Shown here one piece after another: positions 34,178-45,368 of a DNA stretch of 64,000 nucleotides. The first letter of the stretch is position 1, and each line of letters starts with the position of its first letter. The translations under genes were made by a program, and so were the position numbers. The notes beneath the pieces were generated by a model. That model made no database searches, was not told the origin of the DNA, and worked only from the letters and a program-made list of their open reading frames with translations. The DNA comes from Actinomycetes bacterium. Its GTDB lineage: Bacteria; Actinomycetota; Actinomycetes; S36-B12. The stretch is from the NCBI GenBank assembly GCA_965227045.1, contig OZ245718.1, positions 451,031 through 515,030 of the forward strand. Direction: 5' to 3'.

Positions 34178-37100
34178 ATGGCAAGCACTGTAAGCACGCA
34201 CCCAGTCAACGGTCCCGGCTCTCTACGCGAGGCGCTCTCAACGCGCGTCGTTGTCGCGGACGGTGCGATGGGGACGATGTTGCAGGCTGCCGATCCCACG
34301 CTCGACGACTTCCAGGGCCATGAGGGCTGCAACGAGATCCTCAGCGTCACGCGGCCCGAACTCGTGCAGAGCGTCCACGACGCGTACTTCGAGGTCGGCG
34401 TCGACTGCGTCGAGACCAACACCTTCGGAGCCAACTACGCGAACCTCGGCGAGTACGGCATCGAGGACCGGATCTACGAGCTGTCCGAGGCCGCCGCCGT
34501 AATTGCCCGACGCAGCGCCGACTCGTGGTCGACTCCTGACCGCCCACGCTGGGTTATCGGCTCGGTCGGCCCCGGCACCAAGCTGCCGAGCCTTGGTCAC
34601 GCTCCATTCGCACTGCTGCGCGACGCGTACCAGGAGGAGGTCGCCGGCCTGGTCGCCGGAGGCGCAGACGCGATCCTCATCGAGACCGCACAGGACCTCC
34701 TGCAAGCTAAGGCCGCCATCATCGGCGCCCGTCGTGCGCTGAGCGAGTCGGGCATGGACCTGCCGCTTCTGGCCCAGGTGACCGTCGAGACCACCGGAAC
34801 GATGCTGCTCGGCACCGAGATCGGCGCTGCTCTCACCGCTCTCGCACCGCTCGGCATCGACATGATCGGCCTGAACTGCGCAACCGGGCCGAGCGAGATG
34901 AGCGAGCACCTGCGCACCCTCGCGCGCACCGCGACGATCGGCGTCTCGTGCATGCCCAATGCCGGCCTGCCGATCCTCACGTCCGACGGTGCGTACTACC
35001 CACTAACCCCCGATGAGCTCGCCGAGGCGCACGACACCTTCACGCGCGACTTCGGCCTCTCGCTCGTCGGCGGCTGCTGCGGGACCACGCCCGAGCACCT
35101 GCGCAAGGTCGTGGAGCGCGTGCGCGGTCGCGCGGTCACCCCGCGTGATGCCCGCAACGAGGCGTCGGCGGCCTCGCTCTACCAGTCGGTTCCGTTCCGC
35201 CAGGACACCTCGTTCCTGTCGATCGGCGAGCGCACCAACGCGGTCGGGTCGCGTGCATTCCGCGACGCGATGCTCGAGAAGCGCTGGGACGACTGCATCG
35301 AGATCGCCCGCAACCAGATCCGCGATGGCGCGCACCTGCTCGACCTGTGCATCGACTACGTCGGCCGCGATGGCGTCGCCGACATGCGCGAACTGGCCGG
35401 TCGTTTCGCCACCGCGTCGACGCTGCCGATCGTGCTCGACTCCACCGAGCCGGCAGTCCTCACCGCAGGCCTGGAAATGCTCGGCGGTCGCGCGGTCATC
35501 AACTCGGTCAACTACGAGGACGGCGACGGCCCCGACTCGCGCATGAAGAAGATCATGCCCGTCATCCGCGAGCACGGTGCTGCTGTCGTGGCTCTGACCA
35601 TCGACGAGGAGGGTCAGGCGCGAACGGCCGAGTGGAAGGTTCGCGTCGCCGACCGACTGATCAAGGATCTCGTGGGCAACTGGGGGATGTCCGTCGGCGA
35701 CATCTTCATCGACGCCCTCACCTTCCCGATCGCCACGGGCCAGGAGGAGACGCGCCGCGATGGCATCGAGACGATCGAGGCGATCCGCACGCTGAAGGGG
35801 ATGTACCCGGAGGTGCAGACCACCCTCGGTCTGTCGAACGTGTCGTTCGGCCTCAACCCGGCGGCCCGACAGGTACTCAACTCGGTGTTCCTCAACGAGT
35901 GCATCGCGGCAGGACTCACCTCCGCAATCGTGCATGCGTCCAAGATCCTGCCGATGTCGAAGATCGCCGACGACCAGCGCGAGACCGCGCTTGACCTTGT
36001 GTATGACCGCAGGACCTTCGACGCCGACGGCAACACCCTGTACGACCCGCTGCAGAAGTTCCTGCAGCTGTTCGAGGGCGTCGAAGCACGCAACCTGTCC
36101 GAGTCGCGCGCCGAGGAACTCGCCGGCCTCCCGCTGTTCGAGCGACTGGAGCGCCGGATCATCGACGGCGAGCGCATCGGCCTGGAGCCGGACCTCGACG
36201 AGGCACTCACGCAGAAGACGGCACTGGAGATCGTCAACGACACCCTGCTGTCCGGCATGAAGGTCGTCGGCGAGCGCTTCGCGTCCGGTGAGATGCAACT
36301 GCCGTTCGTGCTGCAGAGCGCGGAGGTCATGAAGACCGCGGTCGCCTACCTCGAGCCGCACATGGAGAAGACCGACGAGGCTGGCAAGGGCACCATGGTG
36401 CTCGCCACGGTCAAGGGCGACGTGCATGACATCGGCAAGAATCTCGTCGACATCATCCTGAGCAACAACGGCTACACGGTCGTCAACATCGGCATCAAGC
36501 AGCCCATCTCGGCAATCATCGAGGCGGCCGAGTCGAGCAGTGCGGACGTCATCGGCATGAGCGGGCTGCTCGTCAAGAGCACCGTGATCATGAAGGAGAA
36601 CCTCCAGGAGCTCAACGCGCGCAAGATGTCGGACAAGTTCCCGGTGGTTCTCGGTGGCGCGGCGCTGACTCGCGCGTACGTTGAGCAGGACCTCGCGGAG
36701 ATCTACGACGGCGAGGTGCGCTACGCACGCGACGCGTTCGAGGGACTGCGGCTCATGGACGCGGTGATGGCGGTGAAGCGCGGAGTTCCGGGCGCAGTGC
36801 TGCCCGAACTGCGAGCGCGCCGGGTGCAGAGCGTCGCCGCGAAGCCGAAGCTGACCGCGCTCGAGGACATGCCCGCTCGTTCGGACGTCGCCATCGACGT
36901 GCCGGTGCCGACCGCGCCGTTCCTCGGCGACCGCCTGGTCAAGGGCGTGGCTCTGGCGGAGTACGTCCCGTACCTCGACGAGCGCGCGCTTTTCTTGGGC
37001 CAGTGGGGCCTCAAGCCGACGCGTGGCGGCGGCGCGACGTACGAGGAGCTCGTCGAGACGGAGGGGCGACCGCGTCTTCGGTACTGGCTCGACCGCATCC

Positions 37101-37699
37101 AGACCGACTCGATGATGGAGCCGGCCGTCGCGTACGGATACTTCGGCTGCTACTCCGAGGGCGATGACCTCGTCGTACTGAACGACGACGGCTCCGAGCG
37201 CACGCGCTTCAGCTTCCCGCGCCAGCGGCGCGACCGGCACCTGTGCCTGTCGGACTTCTTCCGCCCGAAGGAGTCAGGTGAGATCGACGTCGTCCCGTTC
37301 ACCGTCGTGACGATGGGCGAGGCTGCGTCACGTGCGACCGCAAAGCTGTTCGAGGCCAACGCTTATCGCGACTACCTAGAACTGCACGGTCTGTCGGTGC
37401 AGTTGACCGAAGCCCTTGCTGAGTACTGGCATGCACGCATCCGCGAGGAGCTCGGGCTGGCCGACTTCGACAGCGGCGACATGGACGAGTTGATCGCCAA
37501 GCAGGGGTACCGGGGCTCGCGCTACTCGTTCGGCTACCCGGCCTGCCCGGACCTCGAGCAGCAGGTCCAGCTGATGGAACTGCTCAAGCCCGAGCGCATC
37601 GGCGTGATCTTGTCCGAGGAGTTCCAGCTGCACCCCGAGCAGTCGACGAGCGCCATCATCGCCCACCATCCCGAGGCGAAGTACTTCAACGCCACATGA
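34178..37699 (+). CDS. metH: Cobalamin-dependent methionine synthase
   Basis: 1173 aa with all modules: Hcy-binding (DGAMGT, GGCCGTTP), pterin-binding, B12-binding (DVHDIGKN) and the AdoMet activation domain. Confidence 0.97.
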   Translation: MASTVSTHPVNGPGSLREALSTRVVVADGAMGTMLQAADPTLDDFQGHEGCNEILSVTRPELVQSVHDAYFEVGVDCVETNTFGANYANLGEYGIEDRIYELSEAAAVIARRSADSWSTPDRPRWVIGSVGPGTKLPSLGHAPFALLRDAYQEEVAGLVAGGADAILIETAQDLLQAKAAIIGARRALSESGMDLPLLAQVTVETTGTMLLGTEIGAALTALAPLGIDMIGLNCATGPSEMSEHLRTLARTATIGVSCMPNAGLPILTSDGAYYPLTPDELAEAHDTFTRDFGLSLVGGCCGTTPEHLRKVVERVRGRAVTPRDARNEASAASLYQSVPFRQDTSFLSIGERTNAVGSRAFRDAMLEKRWDDCIEIARNQIRDGAHLLDLCIDYVGRDGVADMRELAGRFATASTLPIVLDSTEPAVLTAGLEMLGGRAVINSVNYEDGDGPDSRMKKIMPVIREHGAAVVALTIDEEGQARTAEWKVRVADRLIKDLVGNWGMSVGDIFIDALTFPIATGQEETRRDGIETIEAIRTLKGMYPEVQTTLGLSNVSFGLNPAARQVLNSVFLNECIAAGLTSAIVHASKILPMSKIADDQRETALDLVYDRRTFDADGNTLYDPLQKFLQLFEGVEARNLSESRAEELAGLPLFERLERRIIDGERIGLEPDLDEALTQKTALEIVNDTLLSGMKVVGERFASGEMQLPFVLQSAEVMKTAVAYLEPHMEKTDEAGKGTMVLATVKGDVHDIGKNLVDIILSNNGYTVVNIGIKQPISAIIEAAESSSADVIGMSGLLVKSTVIMKENLQELNARKMSDKFPVVLGGAALTRAYVEQDLAEIYDGEVRYARDAFEGLRLMDAVMAVKRGVPGAVLPELRARRVQSVAAKPKLTALEDMPARSDVAIDVPVPTAPFLGDRLVKGVALAEYVPYLDERALFLGQWGLKPTRGGGATYEELVETEGRPRLRYWLDRIQTDSMMEPAVAYGYFGCYSEGDDLVVLNDDGSERTRFSFPRQRRDRHLCLSDFFRPKESGEIDVVPFTVVTMGEAASRATAKLFEANAYRDYLELHGLSVQLTEALAEYWHARIREELGLADFDSGDMDELIAKQGYRGSRYSFGYPACPDLEQQVQLMELLKPERIGVILSEEFQLHPEQSTSAIIAHHPEAKYFNAT

Positions 37700-38370
37700 G
37701 CGCGCTTCCGGGGGCGGTGCTGTTCGATATGGACGGCACGCTGATCGACAGCGAGCCGCTCTGGCTGCAGGCCGAGCACCGGGTGATGGAGCGGCTCGGA
37801 GGAACCTGGTCCGACGCGGATCAGGAAGCGATGCTCGGCGGGCCGCTAGAACGTGCGGTCGAGTACATGATCGCCAAGGCCGGCGGCGGCTTCGAGCCGG
37901 ACGCCGTCATGGAGCTGCTGCTCGACATCATGGAAGAACTGCTGCGTACCACGCCGCTGGTGTGGCAGCCGGGCGCACGCGAACTGCTGACCGATGCGCG
38001 TGTTCAGGGCGTGCCGACGGCTCTGGTGTCGGCGTCGTGGGCGCGGCTGATCGACGCGGTGAGCGATCGGATCGAGTCCGACATCGGACAGCGGGCATTC
38101 GACCTTGTGGTGGCGGGTGACGACGTCAAGCAGAGCAAGCCGCATCCGGAGCCTTATCTGACCGCCGCCGCGACCTTGGGCTCCGACGTTGCACACTGCA
38201 TGGTGCTGGAGGACTCCACGCCGGGAATCGCGTCCGGGCTGGCCGCCGGCTGCCGCGTCGTGGCGATCCCTCGCGTGGCCGTGGTCGTCACCGGCGACGC
38301 GTTCGTCGTCTCATCGCTCGCGGGCTGGACCGTCGAATCGCTGTGGGCGCAGGTCCGCCTGCCCGACTGA
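37696..38370 (+). CDS. HAD superfamily hydrolase (phosphatase)
   Basis: 224 aa. ATGA overlap with metH. AVLFDMDGTLIDSE (DxDG motif I), SAS (motif II) and EDSTPGIASG (motif IV region). Confidence 0.85.
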   Translation: MSALPGAVLFDMDGTLIDSEPLWLQAEHRVMERLGGTWSDADQEAMLGGPLERAVEYMIAKAGGGFEPDAVMELLLDIMEELLRTTPLVWQPGARELLTDARVQGVPTALVSASWARLIDAVSDRIESDIGQRAFDLVVAGDDVKQSKPHPEPYLTAAATLGSDVAHCMVLEDSTPGIASGLAAGCRVVAIPRVAVVVTGDAFVVSSLAGWTVESLWAQVRLPD

Positions 38371-38377
38371 AGCCTCG

Positions 38378-38437
38378 TTGACTGGCCAGTCGTGGGGGTG
38401 TTTAGGCGAATCCGAACCCCCACAAGTGGCCACTCAA
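38378..38437. terminator. Hairpin between the convergent HAD hydrolase and RecB-like nuclease genes
   Basis: 22-nt arms TTGACTGGCCAGTCGTGGGGGT / ACCCCCACAAGTGGCCACTCAA (3 mismatches; inner 8 bp perfect), 16-nt loop. Confidence 0.5.
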
Positions 38438-38454
38438 CGACGAGAGTGGGTGGG

Positions 38455-39306
38455 TTAGTCCTCGGGCTCGACCTCGACCGGGACCCGGGTGCTCGATGTC
38501 GGCCAGGTGTCGCGCGGCGGCAGCGGCGGGGGAGACCCACCCCACGCCGGGCACATCGCCTTGTAACTGCACCAGTCGCACAGCCGTGACGGCGACGGCG
38601 CGAACTCGCCGGAGTCGGCCGCGCGAGTGATGGCGTCGCGCAGCGCGAGGATCTTGCGCTCGGTCGACACCAGGTCGGCCTCGTCGGGCTCGTAGCGCAG
38701 CACCTCGGAGTTGCCGAGGTACATCAGCTGCAGCAGGCGCGGGATCGTGCCAGTCATTCGCCACCACACCAGTGCGTAGAAGCGCATCTGGAACATGGCC
38801 TTGGCCTCAAAGCCCGCGCCCGGCGATCGGCCCGTCTTGTAGTCGACGATGCGGATTGCACCCTCGGCTGTGCGATCGACGCGGTCGATGAACCCGCGCA
38901 CCTCGAAGGACTCGGCGAGCTGGGCCGAGACGCCCAGCTCGCGTGCGTGCGGCTCGAGGCGTCGCGGATCTTCAAGGCCGAAGTAGGAGGTGAGCAGAAT
39001 CTGCACGTCCGGCGACGAACCGTCGTCCTGCTGCACGACCGCCGCGGACTCCGGCTCGTCGCGCAGCAGTTCGTCGAATGCCCTGATTGCCAGCTCGGAC
39101 GCGGCCTCGACGGTGCGGTCGGCGGCAGGCAGGTCGTACAGGGTCTCGAGCGCGCGATGGACCAGCGATCCCCGGACAGCGGCCGCCGACGGTTCCTCGG
39201 GGAGGCGGTCGATCGACCGGAAGCGGAACAGCAGGGGGCAGGTCATGAAGTCCGACGCGCGCGACGGCGACAGCGATGCCGGGAAGGGCAGTGGCACCGT
39301 GGACAT
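38455..39306 (-). CDS. RecB-family / PD-(D/E)XK nuclease with Cas4/AddB-type four-cysteine cluster
   Basis: 283 aa. SPSRASDFMTCPLLFRF (first Cys) plus C-terminal CDWCSYKAMCP (three Cys). GFIDRVD and DYKTG are nuclease-core motifs. Confidence 0.8.
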   Translation of the reverse strand: MSTVPLPFPASLSPSRASDFMTCPLLFRFRSIDRLPEEPSAAAVRGSLVHRALETLYDLPAADRTVEAASELAIRAFDELLRDEPESAAVVQQDDGSSPDVQILLTSYFGLEDPRRLEPHARELGVSAQLAESFEVRGFIDRVDRTAEGAIRIVDYKTGRSPGAGFEAKAMFQMRFYALVWWRMTGTIPRLLQLMYLGNSEVLRYEPDEADLVSTERKILALRDAITRAADSGEFAPSPSRLCDWCSYKAMCPAWGGSPPPLPPRDTWPTSSTRVPVEVEPED

Positions 39307-39350
39307 GGCCCGAGCCTATTGACGGACCCTGGCTGACTAGCCTTCAACGC

Positions 39351-40292
39351 ATGCCTGACACCCCCGCACCCGGCGATACCGGCACGACCTGGCGACGCCG
39401 GGGGCCGTTCCGCGAGGGCGAACTGGTCCAGCTCTCCGACCCCAAGGGCAAGCTCCACACGATCACGCTGGAGTCCGGCAAGGAGTTCCACACGCATCGA
39501 GGCCGGGTGCCGCACGACGACCTCATCGGCTGCCCCGAGGGCACCGTGACGACGTCAACCAATGGCACGGCGTACCTGGCGCTCCGGCCGCTGCTCGACG
39601 ACTTCGTGCTGTCGATGCCACGGGGTGCGCAGGTCATCTACCCCAAGGACGCCGCGCGGATCGTCGCACTGTGCAATCTCGGGCCCGGTGCGCGCGTGGC
39701 CGAGGCGGGCGTGGGTTCGGCGGCGCTGACCTGCTCGTTGCTGCGTGCCGTGGGCGAGGAAGGGTTCGTGCACAGCTACGAACGCCGTCAGGACTTCGCC
39801 GACATCGCAGCCAAGAACGTCGCCCGCTGGTATGGCAACGCGCCGTCGTCGTGGACGCTGACCGTTGGCGACCTGGTCGAGGCGATCGACGACTCGGATC
39901 TCGATGCCATGGTGCTCGACATGCTCGCGCCCTGGGAGTGTGTCGACGCCGTGGCGAATGCTCTCGCGCCGGGCGGAGTGATCGTCGGATACGTCGCGAC
40001 CACGACGCAGATGTCGAAGTTCGTGGAGACGTTGCGACTGTCGGGCGACTGGACCGAGCCGCGCGCCGAGGAGACGATGATGCGGACTTGGCACCTGGAG
40101 GGCCTGGCCGTCCGTCCCGACCATCGCATGAATGGGCACACCGGCTTCCTGGTCACCGCGCGACGTCTCGCACCCGGCGCCGTGCTTCCGGCACGACGGC
40201 GTCGTCCGGCTCCCGGCTCGTACGGCGAGGACTACACCGGTCCCGGATCCGAATCCGGTAACGCAGAAGTAACAGTCGCCGACCCAGAGTGA
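39351..40292 (+). CDS. trmI: tRNA (adenine58-N1)-methyltransferase
   Basis: ORF 39276..40292. ATG 39351. GELVQLSDPKGKLHTITL...MPRGAQVIYPKDAA...EAGVGSAALT (SAM site). Confidence 0.85.
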   Translation: MPDTPAPGDTGTTWRRRGPFREGELVQLSDPKGKLHTITLESGKEFHTHRGRVPHDDLIGCPEGTVTTSTNGTAYLALRPLLDDFVLSMPRGAQVIYPKDAARIVALCNLGPGARVAEAGVGSAALTCSLLRAVGEEGFVHSYERRQDFADIAAKNVARWYGNAPSSWTLTVGDLVEAIDDSDLDAMVLDMLAPWECVDAVANALAPGGVIVGYVATTTQMSKFVETLRLSGDWTEPRAEETMMRTWHLEGLAVRPDHRMNGHTGFLVTARRLAPGAVLPARRRRPAPGSYGEDYTGPGSESGNAEVTVADPE

Positions 40293-40373
40293 GGCGTGTC
40301 GGGGCCGCTTGTGCACGCGCCTGCGGGGGCTCGTCGGGTTAGAGTGGAAATCGAGCAGCCACAGGGAGGCGAC

Positions 40374-42035
40374 ATGACCGAGTCCGACCCGCTGCTGTCG
40401 AGGCTGCACAACCTCGAGTCAGCACTCACCGAGGTCCGCGGCGAGCTCGCCGCACAGAAGGACCACAACCAGCGACTGATCTCGACCCTGCGCGACGCGC
40501 GGGAGCAGATCGTCACCCTCAAGTCCGAGGTCGACCGGCTCGGCGAGCCGCCGAGCGGATTCGCGACATTCCTCACCCGTCACGAGGACGGCACTGCCGA
40601 CGTCATGGCATCAGGCAAGAAGCTGAGAGTCGCGGTGAGCCCGGCCATCGAGGCATCCTCGCTCCGCCCCGGCCAGGAGGTGCTGCTCAACGAGGCGCTG
40701 AACGTCATAGACGTGCGGGACTTCGAGGACACCGGCGAGATCGTCATCTTCAAGGAGTTCCTCGAGGACCGCGAGCGCGCGCTCGTCGTCGGCCGCGCCG
40801 ACGAGGAGCGGGTGGTGCGGGTGGCGCAGCCGCTGCTCGAGACGAAGATCCGCGCTGGCGATTCGCTGCTGTGCGACGTGCGCGCGGGCTATGTGTTCGA
40901 GAAGATTCCCAAGTCCGAGGTCGAGGAACTGGTCCTCGAGGAGGTTCCGGACATCCGCTACGAGGACATCGGCGGGCTGGGCGAGCAGATCGACACCATC
41001 CGCGATGCGGTCGAGTTGCCGTTCATGCATCCGGACCTGTTCGCCGAGCATGATCTCAAGCCGCCGAAGGGAATCCTGCTCTACGGGCCTCCCGGCTGCG
41101 GCAAGACATTGATTGCCAAGGCGGTCGCGAACTCGCTTGCGAAGAAGGTCGCCGAGCGCACGGGTACCGAGGAGGGGCGCTCGTTCTTCCTGAACATCAA
41201 GGGACCGGAGCTGCTCAACAAGTACGTCGGCGAGACCGAGCGTCACATCCGGCTCGTGTTCCAGCGCGCTCGCGAGAAGGCGTCCGAGGGCATGCCCGTC
41301 ATCGTCTTCTTCGACGAGATGGACTCGCTGTTCCGCACGCGCGGATCCGGGGTGTCCAGCGACGTGGAGAACACGATCGTCCCGCAGCTGCTCAGCGAGA
41401 TCGATGGCGTCGAGAGCCTGGAGAACGTCATCGTCATCGGCGCCTCCAACCGCGAGGACATGATCGATCCCGCGATCCTGCGCCCTGGTCGTCTCGACGT
41501 GAAGATCAAGATCGAGCGGCCCGACGCGGAGGCAGCGCGCGACATCTTCACCAAGTACCTGGTGTCCACTCTGCCGCTGCATCCCGACGATGTCGCCGAG
41601 CACGGTGGCGACAAGGACGCGGCCTGCCGCGACATGATCCTGCGCGCTGTCGAGCGCATGTACACCGAGTCCGAGGAGAACCGCTTCCTCGAGGTCACGT
41701 ACGCGAATGGCGACAAGGAGGTCCTGTACTTCAAGGACTTCAACTCCGGCGCCATGATCGAGAACATCGTGGCTCGCGCGAAGAAGATGGCCATCAAGGA
41801 CTTCCTCGACATGGGGGAGAAGGGCATCCGCGTGCAGCACGTGCTCGCTGCGTGCATCGACGAGTTCCGCGAGAACGAGGACCTGCCCAACACGACGAAC
41901 CCCGACGACTGGGCACGCATCTCGGGCAAGAAGGGCGAGCGGATCGTCTTCATCCGCACGCTCATCCAGGGCAAGAAGGGCTCCGAGCCCGGTCGCTCGA
42001 TCGAGAACGTGGCGAATACGGGGCAGTACCTGTAG
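40374..42035 (+). CDS. arc: Proteasome-associated AAA ATPase (ARC/Mpa)
   Basis: ORF 40296..42035. ATG 40374 follows GGGAGG. N-terminal coiled coil, Walker A GPPGCGKT, Walker [10 protein letters not shown], and the C-terminal GQYL proteasome-docking motif. Confidence 0.95.
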   Translation: MTESDPLLSRLHNLESALTEVRGELAAQKDHNQRLISTLRDAREQIVTLKSEVDRLGEPPSGFATFLTRHEDGTADVMASGKKLRVAVSPAIEASSLRPGQEVLLNEALNVIDVRDFEDTGEIVIFKEFLEDRERALVVGRADEERVVRVAQPLLETKIRAGDSLLCDVRAGYVFEKIPKSEVEELVLEEVPDIRYEDIGGLGEQIDTIRDAVELPFMHPDLFAEHDLKPPKGILLYGPPGCGKTLIAKAVANSLAKKVAERTGTEEGRSFFLNIKGPELLNKYVGETERHIRLVFQRAREKASEGMPVIVFFDEMDSLFRTRGSGVSSDVENTIVPQLLSEIDGVESLENVIVIGASNREDMIDPAILRPGRLDVKIKIERPDAEAARDIFTKYLVSTLPLHPDDVAEHGGDKDAACRDMILRAVERMYTESEENRFLEVTYANGDKEVLYFKDFNSGAMIENIVARAKKMAIKDFLDMGEKGIRVQHVLAACIDEFRENEDLPNTTNPDDWARISGKKGERIVFIRTLIQGKKGSEPGRSIENVANTGQYL

Positions 42036-43564
42036 TGACCGTCCATCGCGTGATGGGCATTGAGACCGAATACGGCATCAGTGTCCCGGGGTTCCCGAAC
42101 CTGAACCCGATGGTGACGAGCACGCAGATCGTCAACGCGTACGCCCAGCATGCGATCGCGGGGTCACGAAGCCGCGCGCACTGGGACTACGACGTCGAGA
42201 GCCCGCTTCGCGACGCGCGCGGATTCGACATGTCGCGCGCCGACGCCGATCCGTCGCAACTGACCGATGAGGACTCAGGGCTCGCGAATGTCATCCTCAC
42301 CAACGGTGCCCGGCTGTATGTAGACCACGCCCACCCCGAGTACTCCAGCCCAGAAGTGACGAATCCTCGCGACGCCGTGCTCTGGGATCGCGCCGGAGTC
42401 CTCATCGTGCGGCGTGCGATGGAACTGGCCGCGGCGGTGCCGCAGTCGCATCCGATCGTGCTCTACAAGAACAACACCGACAACAAGGGCGCCTCCTACG
42501 GCTGCCACGAGAACTACCTCATGCAGCGCGCGACGCCATTCGCGGACATCGTGCGTCACCTGACCCCTTTCTTCATCACCCGGCAGGTCTACACCGGGGC
42601 CGGCCGACTCGGCGTGGGGCAGGATGGCCGGCGATCGGCCTTCCAGATCAGCCAGCGCGCGGATTTCTTCGAGGTGGAGGTCGGGCTCGAGACGACGCTG
42701 AAGCGACCGATCATCAACACCAGGGATGAGCCGCACGCCGATCCTGAGAGATTTCGCAGGCTGCACGTGATCGTCGGCGACGCGAATCTCAGCGACACGG
42801 CGACGTACCTGAAGATGGGCACGACCGCGATCGTCCTGTCGATGATCGAGGCGGGGTTCCTGCGCGATCGCAGCTGGGCCTCGGCGCACTCCGTCGCCGA
42901 GATGCACGCTGTCTCGCACGACACGAGCCTGACGCACCGCATGGCGCTTACCGACGGTCGGAGCCTCACCGCCTTGCAGATCCAGCAGGAGATCCTCGAT
43001 TCAGCCCGAGAGTTCTGCGCGCTGGAGATGCATGCCGAGCTCGACGAGCAGACCGCGCACACGCTGGACGAGTGGCAGCGAGTCCTGGACGGGCTGACGA
43101 GCGAGCCCGCGAGCTTGTCGCGCGAGCTCGACTGGCTGGCCAAGCTCTCGCTCATGGAGGGCTACATGCGTCGCGACGGTCTGGAGTGGAAGTCTCCGCG
43201 CCTGCAGTTGATCGACCTGCAGTACGCCGACGTCCGGCCCGAGCGCGGTCTCGCCGCACGGCTGGAGGACCGGGGCCTGCTGCTGCGGATGTTCAGCGAT
43301 GACGAGGTCGAGCGAGCCGTCGAGAACCCTCCGGAGGACACGCGCGCGTACTTCCGCGGCGAGTGCATGCGCAGGTACCCCGGCGCGATCGCCGCCGCCT
43401 CGTGGGATTCGGTGGTCTTCGACGTGCCCGGCAACGACGCTCTGATGCGCGTTCCCACCCTTGAGCCGACACGCGGGACGAAGGCGCACGTCGGTGCTCT
43501 GCTGGACTCCTCGCCGGACGTCCGCACCCTGATCGACAGGCTGGTGGCCGACGCTCCGCGCTGA
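42035..43564 (+). CDS. dop: Pup deamidase/depupylase
   Basis: ORF 41852..43564. GTG 42035 shares its G with the arc TAG (alternative ATG 42053). [13 protein letters not shown] and YGCHENYL are present. Paralogous to pafA. Confidence 0.9.
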   Translation: MTVHRVMGIETEYGISVPGFPNLNPMVTSTQIVNAYAQHAIAGSRSRAHWDYDVESPLRDARGFDMSRADADPSQLTDEDSGLANVILTNGARLYVDHAHPEYSSPEVTNPRDAVLWDRAGVLIVRRAMELAAAVPQSHPIVLYKNNTDNKGASYGCHENYLMQRATPFADIVRHLTPFFITRQVYTGAGRLGVGQDGRRSAFQISQRADFFEVEVGLETTLKRPIINTRDEPHADPERFRRLHVIVGDANLSDTATYLKMGTTAIVLSMIEAGFLRDRSWASAHSVAEMHAVSHDTSLTHRMALTDGRSLTALQIQQEILDSAREFCALEMHAELDEQTAHTLDEWQRVLDGLTSEPASLSRELDWLAKLSLMEGYMRRDGLEWKSPRLQLIDLQYADVRPERGLAARLEDRGLLLRMFSDDEVERAVENPPEDTRAYFRGECMRRYPGAIAAASWDSVVFDVPGNDALMRVPTLEPTRGTKAHVGALLDSSPDVRTLIDRLVADAPR

Positions 43565-43591
43565 GAGCGCCCCGCGGGATAGCCTGTCCCT

Positions 43592-43789
43592 ATGCCTCAG
43601 CGAGAGTCAGCAGACCAGCGTCGAGTCGAGCGCGATGCCGCCGTCGACGAAGAGACCACAGCAGTCGTCGAGACCGCGCCTTCGGAACTGGATGCCGATG
43701 TCGACTCCATCCTCGACGAGATCGACAGCGTGCTCGAGGAGAACGCGGAGGACTTCGTGAAGTCGTTCGTGCAGAAGGGCGGGCAGTGA
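43592..43789 (+). CDS. pup: Prokaryotic ubiquitin-like protein Pup
   Basis: 65 aa, acidic and disordered-looking. Ends in [29 protein letters not shown] (terminal GGQ). Confidence 0.95.
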   Translation: MPQRESADQRRVERDAAVDEETTAVVETAPSELDADVDSILDEIDSVLEENAEDFVKSFVQKGGQ

Positions 43790-44604
43790 GCCCCACGAAC
43801 GGCCTGCCCGGTCCCTACCGCGCCACGGGTTCGGCATCCTTCGTCGACTTCCTCACCGCGCTGCACCCCGAGCGCCTGCCCGCGGTTGGCAGCGACACGG
43901 GCTCAGGGCATCTGGCCCCGCACGGCACGACCATTGTCGCGCTGCGCACGGCGACCGGCGTGGTCATGGCGGGTGATCGCCGCGCGACGATGGGCAACAT
44001 CATCGCCCAGAACGACATTGAGAAGGTCTTCGCCGCAGACGAGTTGACGGTCATCGGCATCGCCGGCACCGCTGGTCTCGCCGTCGAGCTGGTCCGCCTG
44101 TTCCAGGTCGAGCTCGAGCACTACGAGAAGATCGAAGGCGTCCAACTGTCGCTGGACGGCAAGGCCAATCGCCTCGCTTCCATGCTGCGTGGCAACCTCG
44201 GCATGGCGATGCAGGGCCTGGCGGTGGTGCCTCTGCTCGGCGGATACGACGTGGCCAAGGGCATCGGCCGGATCTTCTCCTACGACGTCACCGGCGGGCG
44301 TTACGAGGAGCACGACTTCTACGCAGTCGGGTCGGGTTCGAGCTTCGCCCGGGGCTCGCTCAAGAAGCTGTTCCGTCGCGGGGCATCGGCAGACGACGGC
44401 ATCACCGCAGCACTCCGGGCGCTGTACGACGCGGCGGACGATGACAGTGCGACCGGTGGTCCCGACATGGCGCGACGGATCTATCCCGTCGTCGCGACCG
44501 TCGATGCTGGGGGAGTCCACCTCCTGACCGATGAGGAGCTCGCACCGCGCGTGCGTGCCATGGTCGAGGCGCACGCAGCCGACGCGGGCGGAGGTGAGAT
44601 GTAG
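43786..44604 (+). CDS. prcB: 20S proteasome beta subunit
   Basis: 272 aa. GTGA overlap with pup. The propeptide ends at HG / TTIVAL (catalytic Thr). Confidence 0.95.
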   Translation: MSPTNGLPGPYRATGSASFVDFLTALHPERLPAVGSDTGSGHLAPHGTTIVALRTATGVVMAGDRRATMGNIIAQNDIEKVFAADELTVIGIAGTAGLAVELVRLFQVELEHYEKIEGVQLSLDGKANRLASMLRGNLGMAMQGLAVVPLLGGYDVAKGIGRIFSYDVTGGRYEEHDFYAVGSGSSFARGSLKKLFRRGASADDGITAALRALYDAADDDSATGGPDMARRIYPVVATVDAGGVHLLTDEELAPRVRAMVEAHAADAGGGEM

Positions 44605-45297
44605 ATGAGCGTTCCTTTCTATGTCTCGCCCGAGCAGATCATGCGCGACAAGGCCGACTTCGCGCGCAAGGGCATTGCCCGCGGCCGCAGCGTGGTCGTC
44701 ATGCAGTACGACGGGGGAATCGTCTTCGTCGCCGAGAATCCCTCGCGAGCGCTCCACAAGATCAGCGAGCTCTACGACCGCATCGGCTTCGCCGCAGTTG
44801 GCAAGTACAACGAGTTCGAGAGCCTCCGCGTTGCCGGCGTGCGGCTGGCCGACATGCGCGGCTACTCCTACGACCGCAGCGACGTCACGGGCCGCAGCCT
44901 CGCCAACGCGTACGCGCAGACCCTGGGCACGATCTTCACCGAGACCGCCAAGCCCTTCGAGGTCGAGATCGTGGTGGCCGAGGTCGGCGCGACCGCAGTC
45001 GACGACCAGCTGTACCGGCTCATGTTCGACGGATCCGTCGCCGATGAGCGCGGTTTCGTGGCCATGGGCGGCTCCGCGGATCCCATCCAGTCCGGCCTGC
45101 AGGATGGCTGGCATGAGGGCATCTCGTTGAGCGATGCGATCCGGCTCGCCGTCGGGCTTATGGGTCAGCACGGCGACGAGAAGCAGCGCGTGCTCACCGA
45201 GGACCAGCTCGAGGTCGCCGTCCTGGATCGCGCGCGTCCGCGACGCACCTTCCAGCGGCTGACGAACGGCCGGCTCGGCGAGCTCCTGCGCCCCTAG
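44605..45297 (+). CDS. prcA: 20S proteasome alpha subunit
   Basis: 230 aa. The ATG immediately follows the prc[33 protein letters not shown]. Confidence 0.95.
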   Translation: MSVPFYVSPEQIMRDKADFARKGIARGRSVVVMQYDGGIVFVAENPSRALHKISELYDRIGFAAVGKYNEFESLRVAGVRLADMRGYSYDRSDVTGRSLANAYAQTLGTIFTETAKPFEVEIVVAEVGATAVDDQLYRLMFDGSVADERGFVAMGGSADPIQSGLQDGWHEGISLSDAIRLAVGLMGQHGDEKQRVLTEDQLEVAVLDRARPRRTFQRLTNGRLGELLRP

Positions 45298-45368
45298 CGC
45301 TGAGACGACCTCGAGGAGCGCGCCCCTCGTAGCGGGGTTTCGCGGGCGCCTCAACGTAGTGTGGGTGC

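Noticed and set aside
35003-37240. 745-aa ORF antisense to metH. Similar long antisense ORFs lie opposite real genes: 31039-32448 (pgi), 40611-41840 (arc), 43903-45354 (prcB/prcA), 45351-46643 (pafA), 48367-49665 (pafB/pafC), 52722-54371 (helY), 59585-61071 (lnt), 27197-28445 (SCO1664/mshC), 9491-10300 (Gly-rich gene).
   Set aside because: Stop codons are rare in 70% GC DNA, so long open frames appear opposite real genes. Their translations are Arg/Ala/Gly/Pro-rich low-complexity strings without motifs. The sense-strand genes have unmistakable family signatures and high GC at third codon positions.
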